A stretch of 63,717 nt of DNA, counting the filler, from Licmophora abbreviata (lineage: Eukaryota): assembly GCA_900291995.1 (NCBI GenBank). It is 10 parts of 10 records of this genome, joined end to end, with 100 filler letters (N's around TTAATTAATTAA, not from the genome) between each part and the next. Parts side by side here need not be neighbours in the genome. Positions count along the whole stretch, not along the records: positions 1 to 24,772 come from OLMU01003597.1; 9 more parts are not named here. One strand, 5' to 3'. The position numbers were made by a program, and so were the translations under genes. This document shows, piece by piece, positions 1 to 11,042 of this stretch (within the stretch, counting starts at the first letter, position 1; every line of letters begins with the position of its first letter). The notes under the pieces are model-generated. The model was not told where the DNA came from and did not search any database. It saw only the letters and a program-made list of their open reading frames with translations.

Positions 1-9
1 GCCGCCGCC

Positions 10-849
10 ATGTCGTCGTCTCCTTTACATCCGCCTTTTCCTTCTTCTCCCCAAGTCGAAAGAGATGCCTTTGATCGAACGACTCAAAAAGGCAGGCCAG
101 ATCACTTGTTTCAAGCTTCCATGAAGTCCATTCGCAGTGCACACTTTCGTTCGAATCGGATACGAGCAGGTCTGACTGTCTCTGGACTCTTCACTGACAT
201 GCTCATCTACCGAGAAGTAATCGCCGTCTTTTATTGTGTCACACGAGACTTGGAAAGACAGTTGAAGCAAGATAACATGAAGCAGGAAAAGCTTTGTCAG
301 CAGTTGCTGTCGTTGGGATATCAGTTCACGGATGCTTACGAGAAGGATCTCGCGTTCTTGTACTCCAAGGATACGTGGGAGAAGGAGGTTCAGGGTGTGC
401 TGGATCGAACTCCTGCAGCCGCGAGGTATCACGAAAAGGTCATGGGAATGACGAAAGGTACCGAGCTGGTCGGAGCTGCGTGCGTCTTGTGGGGTGCACT
501 CGTCATTGGGGGTGGCGCCGCCGCCATGCCACGGGTGCGATCGCTATGCGGTGAGGAAGCTACAAATCTCTTTCAAAGCGTAGTTGGACCAGGAAGAGAG
601 AACCGGAAACAAAAATTCGTTGATGCTTGGGATTCGCTTGCAGCGCCGGGTACCAGCGAGTTTGACGAAATTGTGGAGGCAACCCGAGACTGCATGCAGT
701 GCAATAATGATGTACTGTCGTCGCTCAATCGAAATCCGTGGTGGTTGAACTATGTGATTGGGACGTTCGTGGGCGTCGCTTTGTATCTACTGTACTTTGT
801 GTACGGGTCGTCTCTATTGCCAAGCGAGGCAGTATCCCGGGATCTATAG
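10..849 (+). CDS. Heme oxygenase-like protein with C-terminal membrane anchor
   Basis: 279 aa. Proximal-His helix MKSIRSAHFRSN, YREVIAVFY, YEKDLAFLY..W, TPAAARY, Gly-rich distal helix WGALVIGGG, and hydrophobic tail WWLNYVIGTFVGVALYLLYFVY, similar to ER-type HO. Confidence 0.75.
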   Translation: MSSSPLHPPFPSSPQVERDAFDRTTQKGRPDHLFQASMKSIRSAHFRSNRIRAGLTVSGLFTDMLIYREVIAVFYCVTRDLERQLKQDNMKQEKLCQQLLSLGYQFTDAYEKDLAFLYSKDTWEKEVQGVLDRTPAAARYHEKVMGMTKGTELVGAACVLWGALVIGGGAAAMPRVRSLCGEEATNLFQSVVGPGRENRKQKFVDAWDSLAAPGTSEFDEIVEATRDCMQCNNDVLSSLNRNPWWLNYVIGTFVGVALYLLYFVYGSSLLPSEAVSRDL

Positions 850-1193
850 AGCACGACTCCGGTGAGAAGGAAGTTTGCCGACATTATTCCATTTCTTGAA
901 CAGCCTTTCGACCAATTCTAAAAACAAGCACCTTAGTTGGACTTACGTGCACTTGTGGGCTAGCAGGAGCAAATGGCATACCGGAATTATCATAGTAGCA
1001 CTCGTAGCCCACAAAACACCAAGACCCATTTAGAATCGAGTTTTACATCCTCTTCAAACTGCCGGAGCGCGCACGGAAGAAGAACACAATTCGAAAACTC
1101 GACAGACTCACGACGACATCGCTCCAATGATGTTGGGATGCACTGTTGTGAACAAGCAACAACCCCAGATTACCCCCTACTGTTGCAGCTGAC

Positions 1194-2605
1194 ATGGATC
1201 GAAACGATTTCAAAAAGATTTTAGAAGGCTCTTTCGAAGCCGGAATTCTGATCGATGGCTCGAAAGGATCGATTCTCTTTGCCAACGAAACAGCACAGGA
1301 ATTGTTCGGGCTTACTGATGGCACCCCCGGACGTTTCTCCAAGTCCATTGCCTCCGTCGATTCGTTCTTTTCATTTTGGTCATATTCAATTTTAGATTGT
1401 GCTGAGGGTCGGAGGGATACCATGGCATGGTCCGAAGTTTTCAAGTACGTCAAGAACCATCCCAAAACAGCTCCTGACGAATGGTTCGTTTCCGCGAAAC
1501 GCCGCGACCGGACTTCCTTCCCCGGACTCCTCAGACTGACTGTGTTTTCTTCCAACTTGGCCATGGCATATGTTCTTCATAAGGATAAACATCTGAAGGC
1601 CAGGTCGTCCTCTATTTCTATTGGAACCGCTGATTCCTATCAGAAACAACGGCGTTTCTCCAATCCCTCGACAGAGCCAAGTGTGACGATCGATGAGAAG
1701 GGAACTATTCTTACTGTTAATCAAACCGCTCTTGACACCGTGACGTGGTGCAATGACAAACTGGTTGGAAAGAACATTGTCGAAGCTGCGGGGTGGTCAT
1801 CCGGTCGTGCTTCGCGTGAAGCTGCTGTCGCGACGGAGCAACCAAGCATGACCGTCGGCGAGGATGGCATTGTTCTAACCATCAACCAGGCAGCACGTGA
1901 TCGAATCAGCTGGTGCAATCTTGACTTGGTTGGTCATCCTTTGTCTTGCCTGGGCGGAGATGAGCTCTTCTTGGAGGCACGATCAATCGCGGACGCCGCC
2001 GGTAGGTCAGCCACCGACACCGCGGCTCAGCAGTCTTCCTCCCATCGTGCTCGATCGCGTCGTTGGTCCTTTAAGCAAGCCGCAAGTCTTCATCTTTTTC
2101 TTCCAAATCTTCCCCGGACGTGCTTCGTCTTGTGATTCAACCGACACAAGGTAGCGGAATGGACCCGGACAAAGAATCGCTCACGCAACAATCGGATGCG
2201 CAACAACGTGACTCCATTCTACTTGCCATCTTTGAAGCTTCGTTGGATCCTCTGTTTCAAGTTACGGAGCATGGCATCATCCAGATGGTCAACTCGGCTG
2301 CTGTTCAATTGTTTGGGTGGAGTCGCGAAGACTTTCTGGGGGGCAACATCAGTATGATATGTGGCGGCTCTCACGGTAACAGTCATCAGCAGTATATGGA
2401 GAGATACCTGTCTACAGGAGATACGCGAGTCATTGGTAAAAGAAGGGAGTTGCCAGCCAAACGAAAGGATGGGATAGAGTTTCCAATTGAGCTGGCGTTA
2501 GTCGAGGTGGATACGTTCTTAGACGACGAACGTCTATTTTGTGGCTTTGTGCGGGATTTGACCCACGTAAAAGAGGAAGCACGTGCTCAGTTTCGACGCT
2601 ACTAG
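1194..2605 (+). CDS. Multi-PAS sensor protein with a C-terminal FixL-like heme-PAS domain and no output domain (2 exons)
   Basis: ORFs 1194..2135 and 2120..2605 join in phase through intron 2002..2150 (GTAGGT...CACAAG), giving ~420 aa. PAS motifs: GSILFANETAQELFG, AKRRDRTSFP, GIIQMVNSAAVQLFGW, HQQYMERYLSTGDTRVIGKRRELPAKRKDGIEFPIEL. Confidence 0.8.
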
Positions 2606-2703
2606 TTTTCTGAAGCTGTAGCTGTCGACCGTGAATCATTCCTCAATCTCCCGTGCGACCGAAATCCTTGACTTGGCCTTTGATCCATCCATCTCAAACC
2701 GAC

Positions 2704-3984
2704 TTAGAATACAAAAGACGAGTCCTGCTTCATTTCTTGAAAATTCCCTTGATTCTTGTAGTTGGCTGACGAGAAGGCTCCTAAATGCTGTACCAACGAC
2801 GGTCGCGTGCGCAGTGCCCGAAACGACGACGATTTCAACCACCCATTCAACGCTACATCAATCGGGTCAATGTTCCGGTTGCCTTGTTGTTTCTCTCGCA
2901 AGTATTCGCGGACATGCGGGATAGCGGACTGGGGAAAGGCAATTCCAACTGTACCAGCCGTGATCCTTATTGGATCAAGATGAACATAGTTGGGTTCGAA
3001 TAGATTCAGAAACACCTGTCGTTCCAGCAAGCGACAAGTAAGATAGAATCCCGTAAATGAAATTGTGCATGTCACCGCACATTTGCGAAATGCAATACTC
3101 TGCGTCGTTCTAGAAGTCGACGCTGTACTCGAGGACGGCAGCAGCAGAAATAGACATACCGCAAACACGACAGAGAGCGACGCGACGAAAGCAATCTCCA
3201 GCACATGACCCCAGGAGGTGCTAAAGCCGTCCCAGTGATCTGAAACAAACAATTTAACCATTCCGATGTGTTGCTGCCGTATTCGACCGACGTTCAGCTT
3301 GGTTTCGACTGTATTTTGGAATTGGTCCAAAAAGAGCCGAGATAGCACTGAATCTTCTTCGATAATGATGCACCACAAAGAAAGCTCCTCTTGACACACC
3401 TCCAAGGCCTCTACGTAGTCTGACACGCCTCGACGAACCCATGACGAGGGCTGGTGATCTGATAGCGAGACGGTAGCATTCCGAACTTGCAGCTCGGGTC
3501 GAATCCGCTGCCACCGGGTGAGATCAAGATTGTGTTGCGGTGGTCGTTCCGTGTTTAGTATTGTCAATGATGTCTTATTCAGCTGCTGGGGCTCATTGAA
3601 CATCAACAGTGACCAGAGCAATACGTCCAAATATCGTTTCTTCCGTTGCGCCGTGAGAACGATCACGGAGCGTCGCGGGGGCGGGCCCTCGTCTGAGGGG
3701 TGATGCAGTCGATACAATGAGGGCATGCTCTGATTTTGACCGCCCCCCGGATTCAGGTGATCCTCAACGAAAGCCCGTGCCGCAGAGAGCATATCATCGT
3801 GCATTCGTTGCTTGCTCCCTCCTCCCGCATTCACTGGTGAGTACATGGCGTCGCGCGAGTAGGACATTGCCACCTGCTCGAGAATGTAAAAGATTGCAAG
3901 CAGGGTCACCAGCAAGTGTTTCCAGGACACTGACGCAACTTTGGTCCGGAAGAGCCTTGCCCTATGTACCATTGTGGGGGGCAC
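2704..3984 (-). CDS. GT-A glycosyltransferase, GT54/PGAP4(TMEM246)-like
   Basis: N-terminal TM, YLDVLLWSL, DY..AL..C, IIIEEDS (DxD-like), VKLF, two internal TM segments, and C-terminal PSLVQHLGAFSS resembling the MGAT4/PGAP4 motif. Confidence 0.65.
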   Translation of the reverse strand: MPPTMVHRARLFRTKVASVSWKHLLVTLLAIFYILEQVAMSYSRDAMYSPVNAGGGSKQRMHDDMLSAARAFVEDHLNPGGGQNQSMPSLYRLHHPSDEGPPPRRSVIVLTAQRKKRYLDVLLWSLLMFNEPQQLNKTSLTILNTERPPQHNLDLTRWQRIRPELQVRNATVSLSDHQPSSWVRRGVSDYVEALEVCQEELSLWCIIIEEDSVLSRLFLDQFQNTVETKLNVGRIRQQHIGMVKLFVSDHWDGFSTSWGHVLEIAFVASLSVVFAVCLFLLLPSSSTASTSRTTQSIAFRKCAVTCTISFTGFYLTCRLLERQVFLNLFEPNYVHLDPIRITAGTVGIAFPQSAIPHVREYLREKQQGNRNIDPIDVALNGWLKSSSFRALRTRPSLVQHLGAFSSANYKNQGNFQEMKQDSSFVF

Positions 3985-4334
3985 AGACAGTGCGAGATAA
4001 CGGAACTGCGGCGTCTGTCTCCTCAGTGTGCTTGTGCTTTTCCATGGTCGCGTTGCGGCGATGATGATTGATTTGAATCAAACGAGCGCGCGACAGTCTT
4101 GCAATCGACCGCGATACGTCCGGCTCGTCGAAACAACAACGGAGAGTGCCTAGTCTAAGACTTTCTCTAGAGATGCCTACTACAAACTGAAATGCCAAGG
4201 TACATCCTTCTGGATCTATCTATCTTCAGAGATTCATTCACCTTGCACCATCAAACCGCTCTAGAGTCAATTCTACTTAAGAGAAAACACCCACTACACA
4301 CAATTTCTCAACTGAATTTTAGAAAAGAGAGCCA

Positions 4335-5800
4335 TCAATCCAAGAGCCAACACCGCACGGTTTGGTCTACACCACCAGAAACAAGAATGGGTAACGTATG
4401 ATGCATCGACAAAGAGCTCACGAAATGTGGATGCGCATTTTCCAGCGTTCGAAGACATCGGTTCGCCTTGACATGCAAAGAAACTTACAACAGTGAGTGC
4501 GGAGAACAAAGGATACACGGCTGCAACGAATCGTAGTGCCACTCCGTATTGACGCTCAACGCACCTTGATATCAAAGACCCGTATCGATCGATCATCGGA
4601 TCCACTGAGAATGTAATTTCCACTCGGATGGATCAACACCGATCGCACCCAATTCTCGTGTTGATTGAAAACTACCAGACATTCGGCGGCACTTATTTTC
4701 CATAGCCGAACTGTCCGATCTCTTCCACCCGACACAAGATAGTCTCGCACCGTTTCCATATGCTTTGTCGTTTTTGTGTCCTTGCAGGCCTCAGCCGTCA
4801 CAAACGCCACACTCTCAACAACGTGTTCGTGTCCTCTCAGTTCAGTCACCTTGACTAGTGTCTTGCCGTCGTACACATAAATGACTTGATCGTTCCCCGA
4901 CGAGCAAAAGAGGCCACCATCATGCGGTCGTACCGCCAAGCAGCGTGCCCAATCGCTGTGATCCGACAGTGTCTGGTCGCAGAATCCCGTTTCCACGTCC
5001 CACACCTTGACAGTCTTGTCTCTGGATGCCGATAACAAATGCTTTGCGCCCGCAGCTGCTGCCTCCATCGCACCGGCACCACCAGTCGTACTTGAAGCAG
5101 CCAGTCCTGACGACGAAGACGACTTGGTTTTTTCCAATACGGAAGATGATGGCAGTGGCAAGAACCGGACCGCCGAAATGGTATGATCGTGTCCTCGCAA
5201 GGTGCGGATACAGGCATAGGTTGAAAAGTCCCACATCTTGATGCTGAGATCCGTCGAACACGAGACCAAATGCGAGCCGGTGGGCGTAAAATCCAAGGAA
5301 TTGACAGTATTTGTATGTCCCTTTAGCGTTCGAACGTAATCACCGCTCTCATGATCCCAGACCTTGATGGTCCCATCTTCACTCCCACTGACGACAACAG
5401 TAAAAATAGGATGAACTTGCACCGTCACCACGACTGCCGAATGTCCCTTCATCGTATGAGTACACGGTAGCCTAGGAAGCATGCGTCTCGACGTACCAGC
5501 CGCAGTAGTGTTAGTGGTCGTCGCATCGCCCAGACGATGCGCGTGAATTTTGGCATTCTGCGCCGCTGCTCGTTCCAGTTCGATGACTTTCTTTTGCAAT
5601 CTCGGAATGGCCGTCCACTTCTTTTCTAGCAGTGGTGCAGCAGTGGTCGTTTTCGTGTCCCGCTTCTTTGGGCCGCAAGAGTCTGGATCGGCTTCGGCGA
5701 GTGCAGCGGCCGCGCGAGCAAAGGCGTCGCCGTCTCGTGACAACAGATATTCGTAAATTCCACCGTGCAAGTCAGAGCGCTGTCGATCCGTCAGAACCAT
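4335..5800 (-). CDS. LIS1: LIS1/PAC1 dynein regulator (LisH, coiled coil, WD40; 2 exons)
   Basis: MVLTDRQR..L...IYEYL and [20 protein letters not shown] followed by WD40 repeats. Intron 4467..4564 adds the last exon [43 protein letters not shown]. Confidence 0.95.
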
Positions 5801-6034
5801 GATGAAGCACTAGACCGGGAGAGGCGCCACGAGCAACAGAAACAACAGCGACAGGCTCGGCGTGGCTCTATATCCCCATGGTGACGAGATGTGCGCCGCT
5901 GACATCGCGAACAGCCAAAATCAGAAATTCTCAGAAATTCAAAAGAGTTTTTTTCCAAAAAGGATGAGATCAGAGAGTTTGACACAAAATTGACAAGTTA
6001 GTTTAGAGAAGCCAAACTTAGCCACACCGCGACC

Positions 6035-8027
6035 ATGGCGACGATGCAGCTTCTCCCGAGACTTGCAAGTCTCTTATTCGTACTGGTTTCCCTCCCCACT
6101 ACTGTTTCTTCACAAGAATGTGGCTTGTACTTGGCAGAATCGTCCAGTTCGACCGAAGATGAGCCTAAATTGGGCCTCTTTGCTGGAATCGACATTGCGC
6201 CGCAAACGCTCGTATCTCCCATGGAAGTTGCTGTTCACACGCACAATCTCATTGGGCATTCACTCGATGCAGAGAGCGTATATGAAGAAGACTATGAGAA
6301 ATTTCCTCTTCGAACCAAAGCTGTCGAACTCTTTGAACAATGGGTCTGGGTGGCAGAGGCGAGTGGCGGAGCCTTCGAGCTACCGCCGGACCAAAAGACA
6401 CTCTCGGCCATTTCCGGGGCGGGCATGCTGGGAGGGTATCATCCGCGATTGATTAATAGCGAGTGGAATCATACGTCGGCCTACCTTCGTCCGATTCTTG
6501 GCGAGACGCCTGGAAAGCCGCATCCGGGGCGCGGTGCCTATTCTCCCTTTTACAATGTGGCATTGGTGTCGAGTACCAAAATTCCGGCGGGGCACGAAAT
6601 CTTTATGGACTATGGAGACAACTGGGTGAGGAAGCTTGGAGAGCGTGTGCGATTATGTCAATATGGGAACGTCGACTCATATCTTGCGCTTCTCGCATTG
6701 ATTGTATACCAATTGTCTACAGGACGAAGTCAATAGTAGTCCAGATCAACTTAGCGAAAAGGAACACGAAAAGATCGATCAGGTCGTCGAAAGTATGGTT
6801 GAGTTCATGGATAAGCACAAGGACGAACTAACTCCCCAGTCCAAGCAAGAAATTTACAACTTTTTAGTGCACGACGTCATTACAGCGGCTGCGGGCGAAG
6901 CCAAGGGCAAATTGGTGGCTGACATTTTGCCGGAGAATCCCGACGACCTGTACAAGGTCATGGACGCCGGTGGAAGCTTGCTGTACAGGAATCCCACCGT
7001 AATGAAGCCTGTGGAATGGTTGGAAGAACATGGATTGTGCATGGATAGCATTGAGTCGCGACCATCGACGATTCCGAACGCGGGTCGTGGAGCGTTTGCC
7101 CGTCGGGCCATCAAAAAGGGAGGACGCATTAGTCCCGTACCCATGGCGCACATTGCAGACAAGAGTGTCATGAACATGTACGAGCTGGAACGGACGGACG
7201 ATGGAGAGTACTATCGTGCAAACGATAACGTCATTGGCCAGCAGCTTCTGCTCAACTACTGCTATGGTCATCCCGAATCGAGCTTGCTCTTGTTTCCTGC
7301 AGGTTCCGTGGTGAATTTTATCAACCACCACTCCAAGAAAGCCAATGCCGAGCTGGTTTGGTCGAACCATTCATGGAATCAAGACGATTTGTTCGATGTG
7401 CCTCCACAGGATCTCGTTTACTACCACTCAATTGGTCTCATGATGGAAATTGTGGCGACAAAGGACATTAAACCCAATGAGGAGATCTTCCTCAACTATG
7501 GAAAATCGTGGCAAGCTGCATGGGACGAGAACGTCAAGGAATGGAAGAAGAGCAAGCTCGCCGAGTGGCCCATTCGTGCAGTCGACATGAACGAACAGTA
7601 TCGAAACAGCCCTCACAAGACGGAAGACGAACGGGAACTAGATCCCATCGACGATCGCATGATTGTCAAGTGCTTCCTTGTTGTTACCACACCCGAAGAT
7701 CCATCCGCTGGGGCCAAGTTTCCCGACCATACCATCAAGAAATGGATTACGCCCAAGAAAGGTTCGGCCTACGAAGCGCGCCACATGTTTGATTGCAGCA
7801 TTCTGGACCGCCAAGAATTCAAGGAAGACTCGAAGATCATGTACAACTACACTGTATCGTACACCGTGCAACAACAACCGCACGCGGTACTAGATGTTCC
7901 ACACGACGCGATCGTCTTCGTCGATGCTCCTACGATGGGCGACCACTTCACTTTCGGGCCTTTCAGACACTATATTGAAATCCCCGACAACGTCTTTCCC
8001 AAAGGGGTCTGGCGCGATCTGAAATGA
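6035..8027 (+). CDS. Signal-peptide twin-SET domain protein, diatom BacSET-like (2 exons)
   Basis: Signal peptide then CGLYLAES. First SET-like half ends GHEIFMDYG. Phase-0 intron 6626..6722. Second SET has STIPNAGRGAFA, LNYCYGHPES, NFINHH, EEIFLNYG. C-terminal FRHYIEIPDNVFP..W. ~631 aa. Confidence 0.85.
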
Positions 8028-8263
8028 GTCGATTGTAGTCTACAATTGCCAGGAGGCCCGAGGAAGCTACGATATGATTGCGAAGATTAACAATCCGCTA
8101 TGGAATACTATTTTGTAGTGAGAGTGATAGTCTTGTGATATTGAGCATAAAGAGTTTCGTGTAGCGCTAGTCCCTCGAGGACAATGAAGGCGAGTTCGTT
8201 ACGCCTTATTATTGATGCAGTGTTCGAATGATGTAGTGAGGAAGGAGGGTTGGCCAGTTGTGC

Positions 8264-9406
8264 TCAGCAAGGTGACCGAGGACGCTTGCGAGCTGCAGAG
8301 TCTTCAGAGCCGTCAAAGTCATTCACGCTCACTGGGGATCTCTTGCGTGGATGTTCCGGCGTGACAGTGGAACTGTCTGTAGTGGCCTTGGCGGTGGAGT
8401 ATTGGAGTGGCGTTTGCACCAACGGGCTCACAACGGCAATCGAGTTTGCCGTGGTAGCTTTTTCTTGAGGTGCATGATGGTTGTGCTCATTGGCATGCGG
8501 CATGGAAGAGTCGTCAAGGGTGACCGCGTCGTCGATCTCCAAGCCCACCGGGCATGCGTCATCGAGCAGCGCGCAGACTTGTCGTACTTGATCCGAGTGG
8601 GGGTTCAGCGACAAGACAGCCGCGTTCTTGAGGAATGCTCGGCGGATCTTACGTGGCAGAATGACGATTCCTTCCTCTTGAAGAGTGTCGAGACTCTTGA
8701 CAATGGCCCCAAAGGCTAGTTCGGAAGGCTTCACGAGAAGACTGAGATCGGAAAGACAGACGGAGATCTCGACGAGGTACTGTGCCCTCTCAATGATCGA
8801 CCCCATGGCTTGACGACAGTCAACGACTCGGGAAGAGGAGGACGACCATCGAGGGATGAGATGTAGAAGTCGAAGTACAAAGGAAAGCGGTGTGGGAGGG
8901 TTGAGACGCCATTCCAACGAGCTTAATATGCGGCGTTCCATGCTCTCGATATCTTCGAGACTGTGCTGATTCTGGCTTAGGACAACAAAGGCGTACGCTC
9001 GAAGAGACTTGCGTTCGCCCTTTTCTGTGTAGGTGTCTTCCTCGGAAAGAGTGCCGTGCAGCTTAATGGCAAGGTAGAGCGATGTAACGGCCATGAGCTG
9101 AAGTTCTCTTTTGGTATCTCGAGAGGTCTTCTCTCCAAAATTTGTGAACGGAGAGACGAGCACCCGGTCCAGGTAGTTCATGGAGATGGACACGACTTCA
9201 CGTTCAAATCTGAAGTGATCTACGACCTGGTATTTCCATTGGGCGATCTTGAGTCTCCATTCTTCATCGACGACAAAACTGTCTTTAGAAGGGCAGATTT
9301 GTCTGTAGGGATTGAACGAGGAGTGCCAATATGGAGTCGACTCCTGCGCCTGCATGGCGAGGAATACATCCCTGCTCGTCTCCACGGAGCACGATCGTGG
9401 ACTCAT
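8264..9406 (-). CDS. Cyclin, diatom-specific (dsCYC-like)
   Basis: Cyclin box WRLKIAQWKYQVVDHFRFEREVVSISMNYLDR, QLMAVTSLYLAIKL, MERRILSSLEWRLNPPT. ATG at 9406. Confidence 0.9.
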   Translation of the reverse strand: MSPRSCSVETSRDVFLAMQAQESTPYWHSSFNPYRQICPSKDSFVVDEEWRLKIAQWKYQVVDHFRFEREVVSISMNYLDRVLVSPFTNFGEKTSRDTKRELQLMAVTSLYLAIKLHGTLSEEDTYTEKGERKSLRAYAFVVLSQNQHSLEDIESMERRILSSLEWRLNPPTPLSFVLRLLHLIPRWSSSSSRVVDCRQAMGSIIERAQYLVEISVCLSDLSLLVKPSELAFGAIVKSLDTLQEEGIVILPRKIRRAFLKNAAVLSLNPHSDQVRQVCALLDDACPVGLEIDDAVTLDDSSMPHANEHNHHAPQEKATTANSIAVVSPLVQTPLQYSTAKATTDSSTVTPEHPRKRSPVSVNDFDGSEDSAARKRPRSPC

Positions 9407-10235
9407 CAAGCTCGCCCTTTACCTGGCCCTGAAGAAACGCCTGTTTGCGAACCAAGGTAGGCGCTCAGTGTCAGGATCATGTGTTAGTTCCGTCGTCTCC
9501 TGCGGATCTTTGACCGATGACGAAGTCAATTGTGCGAGAAAAATGGTGCTTCTTCACATGGTTGTGAATGGATGACCGAGCAATCGTAGCGATTCCTCCG
9601 TAGAATGCTCAACTTATGTCGAATCATTGCACCTTCTTCTCTATTTATGCTCTTTGATGCAAGCCAGAACTTACTTAAACTATTGAAGTAGATGCCTATT
9701 GGATATTTAGCCACGTCAATGTGCGTCATCAGTATATTTTCTACACGGAGTACCAGACGTCCTTGCAAATGAAATTGACGTTTTAACGCAAGAATATTTA
9801 TTGAGGAACTTTCCTTGAACCGTGCTCCGGACGAGGACAGGGAAAGCGAAAGATAGCCCTTGACATGATCGAGATCATCTTGGAGTGAGGAGAGAAAGAA
9901 GCAATCTCAAATCTGTACGTACGTCATCCGTTTCAACCGTTCAGGCCGTATCTTGCGGGCGGCGGACAGAGCCTCTGGCTCTGTCATCGTGTCATCATGC
10001 GTCGCTGTGTCGCCACACATTGAACATCCACACGCGCCGCATCAAAGCTCCTCACACCGCCTTTGAACTCTCTCATTGACGCTGAACTTGAAGAAAGCTG
10101 GAGTCGTCCTATACACTGAAACTTCGAGAAAGCACGGGTCTTTTTTGGATCGGCCGAATCATTTTTTTGCGCACTGCACTTCGAGATAAGCCGTGATTTC
10201 ACCTCTGATTGAAACTTGAGGCTTGAAACGTCGTG

Positions 10236-10914
10236 ATGTCGATTCCACGACGCAGATACACCGGAAATGCCATTCATCGGCCATCAATCCGTCTTTCGTT
10301 CGTATTTCTTTTTATATATCTCTGTCCAATGCTCTGTACAAGGTCTGATGCATTTGTGGTCGTACAGCCGGCGAACTCGATACATCGTCCCATGACATTT
10401 CCCCGACGATCCGCCGCACCGCTCTCCATGGCGGTGGCAAAGACGGGCGGCAAGATCATCACGTCCGACCAACAGTTTACAGAGGAAGTAACGTCTTCCT
10501 CGTCCTCGCGTCCCGTCATGGTATTTTTCACTGCGCCGTGGTACGTTTCGTGTTTCCTCTTGCACGTTCTTGTACCTCTATTGAACGGGTTTGAACGGGT
10601 TTCGCCTCAGTACTAGCACACCACACTGACACTGGCCTTTCGACCACCATAGGTGCGGCCCATGCCGTCTTTCCATTCCAGTCGTCAAGGATGTCATGAA
10701 GGAGTATTCGAATGACATAAAGCTTGTCGAAGTGTGCACGGACGACTTTCCCGAGGTCGCGGCAGAAGCCGGCATTGTGAGTATCCCAACGATCCAATTG
10801 TATTATAAGGGCACCGCGAGAGATACCATTGTTGGGTGTGTAGCAAAGAAAGTTTTGTCCAAGGCCATTGGCAAGGTTCTAGAAGATATTCAGAATGAAA
10901 GTGCAAAACCGTAA
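10236..10914 (+). CDS. Plastid-targeted thioredoxin, m-type-like (2 exons)
   Basis: SDAF bipartite motif. The active site WCGPC is rebuilt across intron 10541..10652 (TG|G TGC GGC CCA TGC). SIPTIQLY follows. The start codon is uncertain. Confidence 0.88.
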
Positions 10915-11042
10915 CAAGCAACGTAATTGGTGCCGTGGTGTCTGCTTTCTATTCTGGCCCAATCAGTGGCCCAGTCAGCACTAAACTATAGGACCTTACT
11001 GACAACGCATATCAATCCTTCAATTTTATCACTCGCTTCCTC

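Noticed and set aside
5921..5940. Direct repeat TCAGAAATTC x2 in the LIS1/SET divergent promoter
   Set aside because: Only two copies of 10 bp, with no supporting evidence of function.
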